A stretch of 64,000 nucleotides of DNA. Source: Candidatus Brocadiia bacterium (GTDB lineage Bacteria > Planctomycetota > Brocadiia > SM23-32). The stretch covers positions 32,001-96,000 of the forward strand of contig JBKHIT010000006.1 in assembly GCA_046538485.1 (NCBI GenBank), given 5' to 3'. Within the stretch, counting starts at the first letter, position 1. Each line of letters begins with the position of its first letter. The notes under the pieces were generated by a model that searched no databases, was not told where the DNA came from, and saw nothing but the letters and a program-made list of their open reading frames with translations. Below, piece after piece: positions 48,401 to 58,630 of this stretch. Both the position numbers and the translations under genes were made by a program.

Positions 48401-50587
48401 CGCCTGGACGCGAGTGGAAATCCCCTGATCAAAGGTAATGAAGCGGCACCAACCGAACGAGAAAAGCAACTCAAAGAAGAGCTGGTCAAGCTTCAGAAAC
48501 AAGAGGGACAGACGGAACAGGCTATCGCCCAGTTGCGAGAACAAGGCTACGCGAATTTTGACGCTATTCGGGTGCCTTTGTTCGAAAGCCTTCTGAAACT
48601 GGCAGGTGAATCTCTCGAACACGCGCCATCGATACTCAAAGAAGCCCGGACACTTGCGCAATCTTTGGAAGAAATGAACGCCCTGCAAATGGCTGGCGCC
48701 CGAGTCGCTATGGCTCGTGGTGACCTTGAAACGGCCGCAACAAGTTATTCTCAAATCATTGAGAGTGCCGGCAAAACGCTGATCCGGATTGACCAGAACA
48801 ATCCCGGGCACCGTGTCACTGCATCTCTGTGGGCACAAATGAAACTCGGAAAACTGGAGCAATCCGGGAAGGAATCCTTGCAGAATGTCATCCGCCAGGC
48901 CGCAAGAGAACATCTAAATCGGGTTCAAGCCCGCGAAGACGTCTCGTTCGAAACTTTCTACAGAATCATGCACGCGTACCCGGGGACCCCGTCAGGAATC
49001 CGCGCGGGTTTGCTGGCAGCAGAGACGGCTGAAAATGCGGGCAAAATCTGCGAAGCGGAATTAATTCTATTGCAGATGCAAAATTTCGCCGACAAAAAGG
49101 CCCTCGCAAAGAGTCAGAGAGTTCTGGCAAAATTCTATGAGCGCCAGGGATGGAACAGGCAGGCTTACCGAACATGGCAGACTCTTCAAGAAAACACGGC
49201 CGACCTTTCTCTGGATACTGGCCAGGAAACGCGAAATGTGGGGGAATACTGCAAATTGGCCATGGAGCGCCTCCGGGAAAAAGCCGGTGCCAGAGGGGGC
49301 ACTCGCTTCAAAACGATGCCTGATCCCCCCTATCGACTGCTGTGGAAAGCCCCAATTCAAGGCTATATCGTTCGACAACGTATTCAATCCGACATACTGA
49401 GCGATTTTCTCGATAGTCACATTATCCTTATGGATTACCAAAAACGGAAATTAGTTTGTAAAGAGGTTAAAACTGGGGAAACGAGATGGCAACGTGACTT
49501 TCAGAATACGAACCGTTTCGCTCGCCGGGGCCATATGATTATCGAAACCCACCCTCACACACGCGCTATTTCTTTGATCAACGGGCAAGTAATCTGGGAG
49601 AAGGATGTTGGTGGAACGGGAATAAACAGGTCCCGCGCACGGGTTAGTGTGGGAAGATCAAATGTGGTCGTTGCTGACAACGCCGGCGGACTCGGTGGAT
49701 ACGCCCTTCATGGGATTGATACTGTGACAGGCGAGGTGCGCTGGCGTCGTCAGCTCGCCAGGCAGAGCCGGCCTAACATTCTCATCCTCAGCGGCTATGT
49801 CGTCGACCTGTCCTACGATCCGCACACCCGAAACCACACGAATGCACGCGTCTACGATGCGAGTTCGGGCAAGTTATTTAACTCAAAATTTCCAAGGCCC
49901 CGGGGACGACAATTCTGGTCCACTAACGGTGTTATCTGCCAGGAAGGCAACGAGTATGTCCTTCGAGAGTTTCCTGATGGCAATAAAACCTGGAAGTTGC
50001 CGATCAAAAATGCGAATCGCTCCTACGTCCGGGGGATAACAAATTCTTCCGCCGGCCTTTTTATGAAGCCCGGAGGGTATGCATTGATCGATCCTGTTGA
50101 GAAAGAAATACGCTGGCGTATTGAAACGGATGGATCTAAAAATCTGTACGCAACAAGTGCCGTGTATGATCCGCGTCGCGATGAGATATTGGTCATAAAA
50201 CGAATTGGAAAAGGCAAAAACTGGTCCTATAGCATTTCCGGAACCGATCCTCAAACAGGCAAGCCCCGCGATCAGATCACGCTCGAAAAGCACATGAGAT
50301 TATACAATCGGGGCTCGTTACCCGTGAACGACCGTTTTATGGCTGTAATGGAGTCCGTGCGCAAAAAGCAGAAAAATCAAACTCGGATCGTTAACAGACG
50401 TTACCGCATTGTGAGACGTAAAGATGGCCAGGTCCTGCCTGGTGTTCGTCTTCCGCATTTGAAAGACCTTTCTGACAGAGAAAAACGTTATCATTTCCAG
50501 CTTCACGTGGTTGGTAATAGTCTAGTTTTTACAGGAAGCGGGAAAGTTCTCGTATACGAACACGATTCGAAAAAGGAGCTGAAATGA
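45440..50587 (+). CDS. large secreted TPR + PQQ-like beta-propeller repeat protein with an inserted ConA-like domain
   Basis: Hydrophobic N-terminus; DWPMAYGSSSRNG; repeated AYNAETGKLKW / ALDGVDGHIHW / IDTVTGEVRW blades; TPR-like helices; start codon uncertain. Confidence 0.8.
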   Translation: MYRGRKDCPPALIAILSLAIFFLSIPLQYVSAQIGVEIRGNAGIKPDGETEKEERKDDDMYQRAGLPTDPEIQTFLQRAQDYSESEQYDTAVRLLQKVLEEGDQAMVKTGRRVYQPASETAQGMLIELPEEGLETYRILADANAAALLDAPGARRNSGALHQIVRQYFLSSLGDEAAYRLACLYINRHQFSQARRLLNDILEYHVDLPAPREEILLRLTVASAQLGDYEGAKKVWAELSAGFGSLPSETLKQIEAEIERAKKSAVATSTGGDWPMAYGSSSRNGVTFSPELTSEKKENVALVSVWEQDMESDRREDVAETAGQTELLTQMWIENNYQPVDQMAIVADRIWASSPDGIRCIAKKTGRKIWSTGGKAPFQNPNQKNRRIIIHHRVRRYNFQESAYFKDRTGDRISVFGGLVFRTEGNWKTAPTRRRVRQGNRITYITERTGSYLSAYNAETGKLKWAVGGGKTEDKNILSGCRFMNAPVPCGTNALVAIEKNDGLYLAALHPKTGRISWQQFLCAYASSPVPPKKPVGVAVDSGEVYVATGKGVVFALDGVDGHIHWASTYQSNPLQWAPARLSQLRGQKKEPDGWSENAIFPTGKNLLTLPGDAPTILCLDRSSGELRYKKARNNAEYPLGLVQNNLIVAGDTFIRAHEVRTGSVVWEQQIEPPTGRGILTRNFAFLPQDGSIRVLSVKSGQKISKIHVGLSRDLPLGNLYSDGNRIYCAGLSRAFALSTGARLLAELNQNVKKQHSAAAYLARGRFYSKTARYAQAVRDLRNARNLALEDPRQVRFNQLVDALAKIQEEKNQLRSKLAWFADSFNRAALGPDYTKLKGEAEIKDSALRMSDGQQLLVKLNKLIPGNFSVEIDGWQLDRPCDLSFKLDITSPQKTVKALYAQFGANWNVRNILQFDGNQVCVTNDYLIEKGKRHQLKLVRFGQQLTMYVDGRRILQHEGNLPPAAESKTTLYLYGFGGEHFFDNLTIKRLDASGNPLIKGNEAAPTEREKQLKEELVKLQKQEGQTEQAIAQLREQGYANFDAIRVPLFESLLKLAGESLEHAPSILKEARTLAQSLEEMNALQMAGARVAMARGDLETAATSYSQIIESAGKTLIRIDQNNPGHRVTASLWAQMKLGKLEQSGKESLQNVIRQAAREHLNRVQAREDVSFETFYRIMHAYPGTPSGIRAGLLAAETAENAGKICEAELILLQMQNFADKKALAKSQRVLAKFYERQGWNRQAYRTWQTLQENTADLSLDTGQETRNVGEYCKLAMERLREKAGARGGTRFKTMPDPPYRLLWKAPIQGYIVRQRIQSDILSDFLDSHIILMDYQKRKLVCKEVKTGETRWQRDFQNTNRFARRGHMIIETHPHTRAISLINGQVIWEKDVGGTGINRSRARVSVGRSNVVVADNAGGLGGYALHGIDTVTGEVRWRRQLARQSRPNILILSGYVVDLSYDPHTRNHTNARVYDASSGKLFNSKFPRPRGRQFWSTNGVICQEGNEYVLREFPDGNKTWKLPIKNANRSYVRGITNSSAGLFMKPGGYALIDPVEKEIRWRIETDGSKNLYATSAVYDPRRDEILVIKRIGKGKNWSYSISGTDPQTGKPRDQITLEKHMRLYNRGSLPVNDRFMAVMESVRKKQKNQTRIVNRRYRIVRRKDGQVLPGVRLPHLKDLSDREKRYHFQLHVVGNSLVFTGSGKVLVYEHDSKKELK

Positions 50588-51723
50588 ATTCCGAGCAGGA
50601 CGAACAACATTACGAATCTTCGGGACAACGCCAATCCAGACTATTTTGCTCGGCATCTTTCCTTCCTGCACTCATTGCATTTGTCTTCGCCATAGGTCTG
50701 GGCATGCTGACGCTTCGTCGGGCAGAAGCGCAGAAGGTGCCCGCCCTCCCTGAAATGATCACTCCCGAAACAAAAGCAGCGATCGATAGAGGCATGAGCT
50801 ATCTGGCCAGAACCCAGAGCCGCAATGGAAGCTGGCGGGCACAGGGGGCTTTCAGTACTCAAACGGGCTATCCCTGTGTTATGACATCTCTGGCCGGACT
50901 GGCTCTGGCGGCTGGCGGGAATACACCGATTGAAGGGAAATACGCCAAAAGGGTCCGTCAGGCAGCCGATTACATTCTTAAAAGAGCCAATCGAACCGGC
51001 CTGATAGCGGGCATGAGAAATACTTCAAGACCGATGTACGGCCATGGTTTCAGTATGCTTTTTCTGGCGGAGATTTATGGGATGGAGCCCAACCCCACCC
51101 GCCAAAAACAAATACGAAATGTGCTCCAGAAAGCAGTCCAACTAACCTCTCAAGCCCAATCTAAAGATGGCGGCTGGTATTATACGCCCGATTCGCACAC
51201 CGATGAGGGCTCGGTTACGGTTACTCAAATACAGGGACTTCGAGCCTGTCGAAATGCAGGTGTCAAAGTTCCAAAATCCACAATCGACAAAGCGACGACC
51301 TACATACAAAAATGCCAGCAAAAAGACGGCGGCATCGCATATCGACTTGGAATGAACGGAAGCCGTCCTGCGATCACAGCGGCTGCCGTGGCGACGATGT
51401 ACAACGCAGGGGAATACGAGAATCCCGTGGCCCACGGCGCACTGAAGTTTACACTCCGCCACGTTCGCAAACAGAAAAAAGATCCCTGGCAAGCGTACCG
51501 GGGACACAGCTATTACGGTATGCTGTACGCAAGTCAGGCAGTTTGGTTTTCCGGAGATCAAAATTGGCAAGATCTTTTTCCACAAATGCGCAGTGCACTG
51601 CTAAAAAAACAACAAGATGACGGAAGCTGGCAGGGTGATAATGTTGGGAGGGTCTACGGCACCGCCGTAGCACTGCTCATCCTGCAGTTACCAAATCAAT
51701 ATCTACCTATCCTTCAACGCTAA
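50584..51723 (+). CDS. prenyltransferase/squalene oxidase repeat-containing protein
   Basis: [60 protein letters not shown] (QW-like repeats). Confidence 0.88.
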   Translation: MNSEQDEQHYESSGQRQSRLFCSASFLPALIAFVFAIGLGMLTLRRAEAQKVPALPEMITPETKAAIDRGMSYLARTQSRNGSWRAQGAFSTQTGYPCVMTSLAGLALAAGGNTPIEGKYAKRVRQAADYILKRANRTGLIAGMRNTSRPMYGHGFSMLFLAEIYGMEPNPTRQKQIRNVLQKAVQLTSQAQSKDGGWYYTPDSHTDEGSVTVTQIQGLRACRNAGVKVPKSTIDKATTYIQKCQQKDGGIAYRLGMNGSRPAITAAAVATMYNAGEYENPVAHGALKFTLRHVRKQKKDPWQAYRGHSYYGMLYASQAVWFSGDQNWQDLFPQMRSALLKKQQDDGSWQGDNVGRVYGTAVALLILQLPNQYLPILQR

Positions 51724-51754
51724 AAACGGCACTGAACAATCGGAGGAACACGTA

Positions 51755-52840
51755 ATGAGCGAAGAAACTCACGCTCGTGATACCAAAAATGAAGTCCCCG
51801 AGGAAGACCTCGAAGCTCTCAAAAGCCTGCACGAAGCTTATGATAAAATCAAAAATGAGATTGGCAACGTCATCGTCGGCCAGACAAAAGTTGTCGACCA
51901 GCTTCTTCTTGCAATATTCAGCCGAGGTCATTGCATCCTCGAGGGTGTCCCCGGCCTCGGTAAAACTCTAATGGTAAGCACCCTCAGCCAGGCTCTGAAC
52001 GTAACATTCAGCCGAATTCAGTTTACGCCCGATTTAATGCCCTCCGATATTGTCGGCACCGAGGTCCTCCATGAAGACAAAACGTCCGGTGAACGTGTCT
52101 TCAAATTTCTCGCTGGCCCTGTGTTTTCAAATATCGTTCTTGCCGATGAAATCAACCGGACACCACCCAAAACCCAGGCAGCCCTTTTGGAGTCCATGCA
52201 GGAAAGACAGGTTACTGTCGGCGGCGACAAACACCAGCTGCCGGCCCCTTTCTTCGTTTTGGCGACTCAAAACCCTATAGAACAAGAAGGCACCTACCCT
52301 CTCCCCGAAGCCCAACAAGACCGCTTCATGTTTAAGATTCTCGTCGACTATCCCGATTTTGATGAGGAATACATGATCGCGGAGATAACGACGGCTAGAT
52401 TCGAACCCGAGGTCGAACCGGTGATGAGCGGTGACGATATCCTTGAATACCAGAAGACCATTCGCCGTGTACCTGTCGCACCTCAGGTCATTCGTTATGC
52501 ACTCCGTCTGGTCCGAGCCACGCGAGTAACAGAGGCGGATGTGCCGCCTTTTATTAAAGACTGGGTGGCCTGGGGCGCTGGCCCGAGAGCCGTCCAATAC
52601 CTCCTTTTAGCAGGAAAAGCGCGCGCAGCTCTACACGGCAATACATACGTCAGCAAAGACGATATCCGAAGCGCCACACATCCTGTTCTTCGGCACCGAA
52701 TCCTGACAACTTTTGCCGCCGAAAGTGAAGGCATTACTCCGGACCAGGTCGTGGATAATCTGCTGGACAGCATCTCTGAGAAAGATGACCCAGAAACTGA
52801 AATCCCGAAACAAGTCCAGCCCACTCTTCGCAACAAATGA
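51755..52840 (+). CDS. moxR: MoxR-family AAA+ ATPase
   Basis: Walker [21 protein letters not shown], Walker [35 protein letters not shown]. Confidence 0.95.
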   Translation: MSEETHARDTKNEVPEEDLEALKSLHEAYDKIKNEIGNVIVGQTKVVDQLLLAIFSRGHCILEGVPGLGKTLMVSTLSQALNVTFSRIQFTPDLMPSDIVGTEVLHEDKTSGERVFKFLAGPVFSNIVLADEINRTPPKTQAALLESMQERQVTVGGDKHQLPAPFFVLATQNPIEQEGTYPLPEAQQDRFMFKILVDYPDFDEEYMIAEITTARFEPEVEPVMSGDDILEYQKTIRRVPVAPQVIRYALRLVRATRVTEADVPPFIKDWVAWGAGPRAVQYLLLAGKARAALHGNTYVSKDDIRSATHPVLRHRILTTFAAESEGITPDQVVDNLLDSISEKDDPETEIPKQVQPTLRNK

Positions 52841-52909
52841 AACCCGTTCTATAAACGTTCAGTCGGAGATTACAGGCCATCCCAACCAGAAGCCTCGATA
52901 AGGTAGTGC

Positions 52910-53836
52910 ATGGGAGCTGAAAAACAAAAAACCAATTACCTCGATCCCGATATCCTTGCCGAAATCGACCGAATGGATTTGAGGGCCCGTTATGTAGTCG
53001 AAGGTTTTATCTCGGGCCTCCATAAAAGCCCTTACCATGGCCTCTCGGTCGAGTTCGCCCAGCACAGGCAATATGTGCCCGGCGATGATGTCAGCTATAT
53101 AGACTGGAAAGTATGGGCTCGCGCGGACCGGTTTTACATCAAACAGTATGAAGAAGAAACAAATCTCGAATGTACTATTCTTCTGGACTGCAGTCGATCA
53201 ATGGCGTATGGAGAAAATCGTGGCGGTATGAGCAAGTTCGATTACGCCGCCACACTCGCTGCTTCCGTCGCTTACCTGCTTCAGCAACAGCAGGACGCGT
53301 CGGGATTGGTAATGTTTGACCGCCAGGTTCGCAGTGAACTCTATCCGAGTAGCCATCCGCGCCATATTTACGCTCTTCTTGACGAACTTCAACAGGCTGA
53401 GCCTGATGATCGGAGCGATATTTCAGGGGTGTTTCCAAGAATTGCCGCACGCATCAGAAAACGAGGGCTTATCCTGCTTATCTCAGATCTGTTTTATGAT
53501 CCAGAGGACCTCGAAAAAGGCCTCTCTCAATTGCGGCATAAACGCCAGGAAGTCGTCGTGTTCCACGTGCTGCATGAAGATGAACTTACGTTTCCTTTCC
53601 GCGATAACACGCTTTTTAAGGGAATGGAGACTGAAGACCAATTGATGACCGAGCCCCCTGCTCTGCGCCAGGCTTACCTGGAGGCGCTCGGCAATTTTGA
53701 GAAGAATGTGCGGCAAATCTGTTCCAAATCCGCCATCGACTACGTCTCGCTCAGCACGACAGAAGGTCTCCAGGCGGCTTTGAGCCGGTACCTGGCCAGT
53801 CGAAAACGCATACGCCATACATACGGAAAGATTTAA
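52910..53836 (+). CDS. DUF58 domain protein (vWA-like MoxR partner)
   Basis: GLHKSPYHGLSVEFAQHRQYVPGDD..IDWK, IKQYEEETN, LDCSRSM, ISDL. Confidence 0.94.
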   Translation: MGAEKQKTNYLDPDILAEIDRMDLRARYVVEGFISGLHKSPYHGLSVEFAQHRQYVPGDDVSYIDWKVWARADRFYIKQYEEETNLECTILLDCSRSMAYGENRGGMSKFDYAATLAASVAYLLQQQQDASGLVMFDRQVRSELYPSSHPRHIYALLDELQQAEPDDRSDISGVFPRIAARIRKRGLILLISDLFYDPEDLEKGLSQLRHKRQEVVVFHVLHEDELTFPFRDNTLFKGMETEDQLMTEPPALRQAYLEALGNFEKNVRQICSKSAIDYVSLSTTEGLQAALSRYLASRKRIRHTYGKI

Positions 53837-56068
53837 ATGCCTTTCATTTCTGCACTCAATCCGTTTCTGCTCTGGGGAAGCCTCGCAGTAGCCTCCCCCA
53901 TCATAATTCACCTGCTGAGTAAACGGCGGTTTACCGTTCTTAACTGGGCGGCAATGGATTTTCTGCTCCAGGCGGACCAGCAGAACCGGCGACGGGTCCG
54001 GCTTGAACATCTATTGCTGCTTATTTTGAGATGCCTTTTGCTTCTGCTCATAGCAGCGCTGGTCGCCCGTCCTGTCTTCGACCCATCAGGCCTTGGTGCA
54101 GCAGGGCTCAACATGGGACGCTGCGAACATATCATTCTTCTGGACGATTCTCCCAGTATGGGTGCCCGACGAGACAATCAATCTGTATTCGACAAATCAC
54201 TCAACGGTCTCACCTCTTTCCTTCAGGATCTTTCCGACCAACGCCCACAAGACAGTTTCACTCTTTTACTGACTTCCGATCCGGAACGCCCTTTTCAAAA
54301 CGCCACTTCGCTTGCAAGCAAAAATCTCCCGTCTGTTATCCGTCGCGTGGAAGACCTGAAAGTGTCAGATGTAGCAGCCCATATTGACCGTGCCCTTCTG
54401 GCTCTTAAAAGTCACATCAGCGAAACAGAAGGGGATATTAATCGCTCCATCGTGATCATTTCTGATTTTCGAAGTCGCGACTGGTTACCCGGAGAAAAGG
54501 TTGAATCCGGACAAGGGCCACTGACCATGGTCGAGAATCTGGCCAAAACAAATCCCGACGTAAACTGGCGCATGGTCGATACTGGAAACTTCCCCGAAGA
54601 CAATGTTGGCATCACAGCCATTGATCCCCCCCGAGGGGCCATCGCCGAAAACGTACCGGCCAGATTTGAAGTTCATGTACAAAATTTCGGCCCGGCCGAT
54701 GTCGATAATATAGAAGTGGTTTTCTCCAGTGGCGGGTTGATCCCCTTAAGGAGCCGCATTGATACCATACCTCCTGGAGGTGAAGAAAGTGTTCCATTTA
54801 CATTTTCGTTTCAGGATACTGGCCCAGCCCGCGTCCAGGCTGAATTGGAGAAGGATGAACTCCTCGCAGATAACATTCGCCGTTACGCCGCTGACGTGAC
54901 GAAAGGGGCACGGGTGCTGCTGGTGGATGGGGAACCCGCCATGAAACCCTCGAATGCCGAGTCCTTTTATCTTCAGCGCGCTCTGGCCCCGCCCGGGGAT
55001 ACGGAATCCGGCTATGTTATAAGTGTGATCTCCGGCAGCCAACTCTCCGACCATCAGTTGGATTCATACAAGCTTATCGTTCTGGCCAATGTCTTCCGGA
55101 TATCGCAAGAGCTTGCGGACAAACTCAAAAAATGGGTTGCCGCGGGCGGGGGGCTGGTCTATTTCCTGGGGGATCAGGCTGACCCATCCAGCTACAACGC
55201 CGTCCACAAAGGGCATCCGCGCCTCTTTCCCGTTACTCTTAATGAAATTTTCGGCGATCCCTCGGAAGAGAAATGGATAGGATTGAAACCCCGAGCTGTT
55301 AACCACCCCTTGTTAAAAATCTTTGCCGGCGAAAAAAATCCTCTTCTGGAGCGTGTTAAGATTTTCCGCTGGTGGGACTCCAAGTTCGACCCGAAAACCA
55401 TCCCCGGAGGTACGGTCTCCGTTCTCGCCACATTCAACAATGTGGAAAAATCTCCGGCCATTTTGCAGTCAAACCTCGGGCAAGGACGAATCGCTATATT
55501 CCTGCTGCCCGCCGATGCGGAATGGAGCACATGGGTTTCCAGTCCCTCTTACCTCGTTACGATACAAGAAATGGCCCGGCACCTCGTGCGGCCCGTCTCA
55601 GACCACAGGCAAATTGTGGCTGGACAAAACTTACGTGAACCTGTTGACCCGTCGGATTTCGTTCTCGAGGCAACAGTGACAAAACCCGATGGCGAACCCG
55701 GTGGCACACTGCAGGCTGCCCCACTAAATGACACAAACAAAATGGTTTTTCAATACCTCGACACCGCTGAGGTTGGATTTTACCGTCTGCAAAGGGAATT
55801 ACGCGACGGCACCCCGGCCCCCGCGCTCTTCGCTGTCAATCTTGATCCCGACGAAGGAGATCTGGAGCACGTACCCAAAAAACGATTCGCAACTCTGAGA
55901 AAACGCTCAAATGTAGATGTCGCAAAAACATCCTCCAACCTGAAAAGCGCTGATGTAGCCAACAAGATGGAGCTCTGGAAACCTTTACTTATCGTGCTCG
56001 TGGCTGTCCTTTGCGCGGAACAGCTTCTCGGGTGGGCGTTTGGACACCGCCGCCAGTTTACAACGTAA
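53837..56068 (+). CDS. BatA N-terminal + vWA domain membrane protein
   Basis: ASPIIIHLL, WAAMDFLL, LLLILRCL..ARP (BatA); MIDAS DDSPSM, IISDF; VLLVDG; C-terminal ELWKPLL..EQ TM. Confidence 0.88.
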   Translation: MPFISALNPFLLWGSLAVASPIIIHLLSKRRFTVLNWAAMDFLLQADQQNRRRVRLEHLLLLILRCLLLLLIAALVARPVFDPSGLGAAGLNMGRCEHIILLDDSPSMGARRDNQSVFDKSLNGLTSFLQDLSDQRPQDSFTLLLTSDPERPFQNATSLASKNLPSVIRRVEDLKVSDVAAHIDRALLALKSHISETEGDINRSIVIISDFRSRDWLPGEKVESGQGPLTMVENLAKTNPDVNWRMVDTGNFPEDNVGITAIDPPRGAIAENVPARFEVHVQNFGPADVDNIEVVFSSGGLIPLRSRIDTIPPGGEESVPFTFSFQDTGPARVQAELEKDELLADNIRRYAADVTKGARVLLVDGEPAMKPSNAESFYLQRALAPPGDTESGYVISVISGSQLSDHQLDSYKLIVLANVFRISQELADKLKKWVAAGGGLVYFLGDQADPSSYNAVHKGHPRLFPVTLNEIFGDPSEEKWIGLKPRAVNHPLLKIFAGEKNPLLERVKIFRWWDSKFDPKTIPGGTVSVLATFNNVEKSPAILQSNLGQGRIAIFLLPADAEWSTWVSSPSYLVTIQEMARHLVRPVSDHRQIVAGQNLREPVDPSDFVLEATVTKPDGEPGGTLQAAPLNDTNKMVFQYLDTAEVGFYRLQRELRDGTPAPALFAVNLDPDEGDLEHVPKKRFATLRKRSNVDVAKTSSNLKSADVANKMELWKPLLIVLVAVLCAEQLLGWAFGHRRQFTT

Positions 56069-56102
56069 CTTTTACATTGCGACGCCATAAATCTCATCTG
56101 AA

Positions 56103-58598
56103 ATGCTTGATCTCTGGCTCAAAATAATAGGCAAAAGTGACACACGGATCCCCGATGGAGCGAATGTCAGGTTCGTGCTGAAACATGCCCCTAAATCATG
56201 GATGGTTTTTGTGCTGGTAGCTGTTTTGCTTGCTCTACTGTACGGCGTTTGGCGTTTATACCGAAACGAAAATAATACCTGTCCAGAAAAGTGGAAAACA
56301 GTTCTCGCAACACTGCGCATTTGCGTGCTTTTGCTGGCAGCATTTATCTTCCTCGGCCCCGTTTTGACCTATTCCACTGAGAAAACAGTTGAACCCTACA
56401 TCATGGTTATGCTCGACGATTCTTTGTCCATGGCTATAAAAGATCATTATACGGATAAAAAAAGGCTGGCAATGATCGCAGAAGCCATTGAGGCCGACGA
56501 AAAAGAGCTGGAAAGTACACCGCCATCCAGAAGTGAAATTGTCGACAGACTTCTACGGCACGAAAACCATCGTTTTATACGCGAACTCGCCACCCACGGC
56601 AACGTCCGGGTTATGACTTTCTCAGACAAACTCCGCTTGAGGGAAACCTTTGGAGCCGAAAGACCAGAAGATGTCATTGAAGAACTCGGTGCTGACAAAT
56701 CGGATGTTGCCGTCGGCGCCCCCATTCCGCCACTTTCCCCAGAAGGAAAAACCACGAACATCGCCCGCGCAATCCGTGAGGCACGTCGACTGGCGGCCGG
56801 CAGGCCTCTTGCCGGCATCGTGCTGCTTTCAGATGGACAACATACCGCGGGAGGAGACCCCGGCGCCGCTGCATCCAGGGCCGCTGAACAGAAGTGCCCC
56901 ATTTTCACAGTCGGATTTGGCGACCCAAGCGAACCCATCAACCTTCGGATAGCAGACCTCTGGGCACCTGAAAATGTCTTCGCCCGCGACCCAATGCTAC
57001 TCCAGACAACTGTGCAAAGCCAGGGGATTGAAACCGGGTCTGCCGTGCTGGAAATGCGGGTCAAAAATGCCGATCAAGAACCAAACGAACCAGAAGATCG
57101 GGGGACACTTGTGGATACCAAAAACATCCCCCTCAAATCCGGGATGCAGACAATCTCGCTCAAACACACGCCGACCAAACCAGGCACCTTTATCTATTCG
57201 GTCAGCGTTTCCAAGCAGCCCAAAGAATTGCTCGAATCGGACAACTTCGCGTCGGCCGCCGTCAATGTGCTTGAGGAAAAGGTGCGCATTCTGCTCGTCT
57301 CGGGAAGCCCCTCCTGGGAATACAGGCTGGTCAAAAATCTGCTGACTCGTGATAAAACAATAGATCTCAGCTGCTGGCTCCAGACCATGTCAGCCGATAT
57401 GGAACAAGGCGGCAATACTCCCATTCAGCGTCTGCCACGAAACCGGGAAGAACTCTTGAAATACGATGCTCTCCTGATGTTCGACCCGGATCCAGCAGAA
57501 TTCAATGAAAAATGGATCGAAGAAATAAAAAACTTCATGGAAAATCACGCCGGCGGTTTCCTCTGGATGTCGGGGCCTCAGAACTCTCTCCAGTTTCTCA
57601 CCCACAGTCGAACCCGTGACATTCGAGATATTTTGCCGGTTCGGTTGCAGGGACTGGAAGCCGGTATCCTTGAGGCAATGGGTACAACCCGGCAACGAGA
57701 ATGGCCGCTCAAAATCCGGCCTGAGGGCACCGACCATCCCATTCTCCAGATTAAAGACGACCCCGCAATCGTCAAACGAGTCTGGGAACGCCTCCCGGGT
57801 GTTTACTGGGCTTTCCCTGCTAAAAGTCCAAAGCCAGGTTCCCAGGTTCTTGTTGAACATACTAACCCCCGATTGCGCACCGACGAAGGTCCTGTGCCTT
57901 TACTGGTCACGGGCCAGTACGGTCCCGGCCACTCCGTGTACCTGGGATTTCAAAGCACCTGGCGCTGGCGGAAAACAGGTCTTGTGTATTTTCAAAAATT
58001 CTGGATACAAACCGTGCGTTATCTTGTCCAAGGTCGACTCGTCCGAGGTCGAACCCGCGGGCGCTTGCTCACAAATCGCGATGTGTACGCTGTGGGAGAT
58101 CGCATCTCAATTACGGCTAAACTCTTTGACTCTTCTTACGACCTGTTGACACGACAAATTGTGGAAGCACGTCTGAAAGCCCCGCACCAACCAGCTCAAA
58201 AACTCCAACTGCGCTCACTTTCGGGCAAAAAAGGTCATTACCAGGCCTCTGCCATTGCGCGCCATATGGGGATGAACAAACTCGAAATCGCGCTTCAAAA
58301 ACCCGATGGCAGCCCGATTTCAATTACGCGCCAATTCACTGTAGAAATGCCGAACGTCGAGTCGGCCGATCCGCGCATGAATAAAACGCTTCTCAAAGAA
58401 ATCGCCCATCGATCCGGGGGAAAGTACTTTGCTCTAAATGCCATGGTGAATATAGCGGACGCAATCCCGAATCGTCAGAGAATTACTACCGTTCATGGCC
58501 GACCGATTCCGCTATGGGATACAAGCCGAGTCTTAATTCTTTTCGTCGTTCTACTTACGCTTGAATGGTCTCTTCGCAAAAAGTTTAGATTGCTCTAA
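56103..58598 (+). CDS. vWA + Ig-like + glutamine amidotransferase-like membrane protein
   Basis: Two N-terminal TMs, LDDSLSM, LLSDG, IFTVGFG, SGSPSWEYR, GQYGPG, TWRWR, C-terminal PLWD..EWSLRK. Confidence 0.82.
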   Translation: MLDLWLKIIGKSDTRIPDGANVRFVLKHAPKSWMVFVLVAVLLALLYGVWRLYRNENNTCPEKWKTVLATLRICVLLLAAFIFLGPVLTYSTEKTVEPYIMVMLDDSLSMAIKDHYTDKKRLAMIAEAIEADEKELESTPPSRSEIVDRLLRHENHRFIRELATHGNVRVMTFSDKLRLRETFGAERPEDVIEELGADKSDVAVGAPIPPLSPEGKTTNIARAIREARRLAAGRPLAGIVLLSDGQHTAGGDPGAAASRAAEQKCPIFTVGFGDPSEPINLRIADLWAPENVFARDPMLLQTTVQSQGIETGSAVLEMRVKNADQEPNEPEDRGTLVDTKNIPLKSGMQTISLKHTPTKPGTFIYSVSVSKQPKELLESDNFASAAVNVLEEKVRILLVSGSPSWEYRLVKNLLTRDKTIDLSCWLQTMSADMEQGGNTPIQRLPRNREELLKYDALLMFDPDPAEFNEKWIEEIKNFMENHAGGFLWMSGPQNSLQFLTHSRTRDIRDILPVRLQGLEAGILEAMGTTRQREWPLKIRPEGTDHPILQIKDDPAIVKRVWERLPGVYWAFPAKSPKPGSQVLVEHTNPRLRTDEGPVPLLVTGQYGPGHSVYLGFQSTWRWRKTGLVYFQKFWIQTVRYLVQGRLVRGRTRGRLLTNRDVYAVGDRISITAKLFDSSYDLLTRQIVEARLKAPHQPAQKLQLRSLSGKKGHYQASAIARHMGMNKLEIALQKPDGSPISITRQFTVEMPNVESADPRMNKTLLKEIAHRSGGKYFALNAMVNIADAIPNRQRITTVHGRPIPLWDTSRVLILFVVLLTLEWSLRKKFRLL

Positions 58599-58630
58599 GT
58601 ACGCGAACAGAAAGCAGATTGTGCAGAACT

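Noticed and set aside
50584..51723. Squalene-hopene cyclase / terpene biosynthesis cluster
   Set aside because: Single-barrel length, no DXDD motif, and MoxR operon context rather than hopanoid genes.
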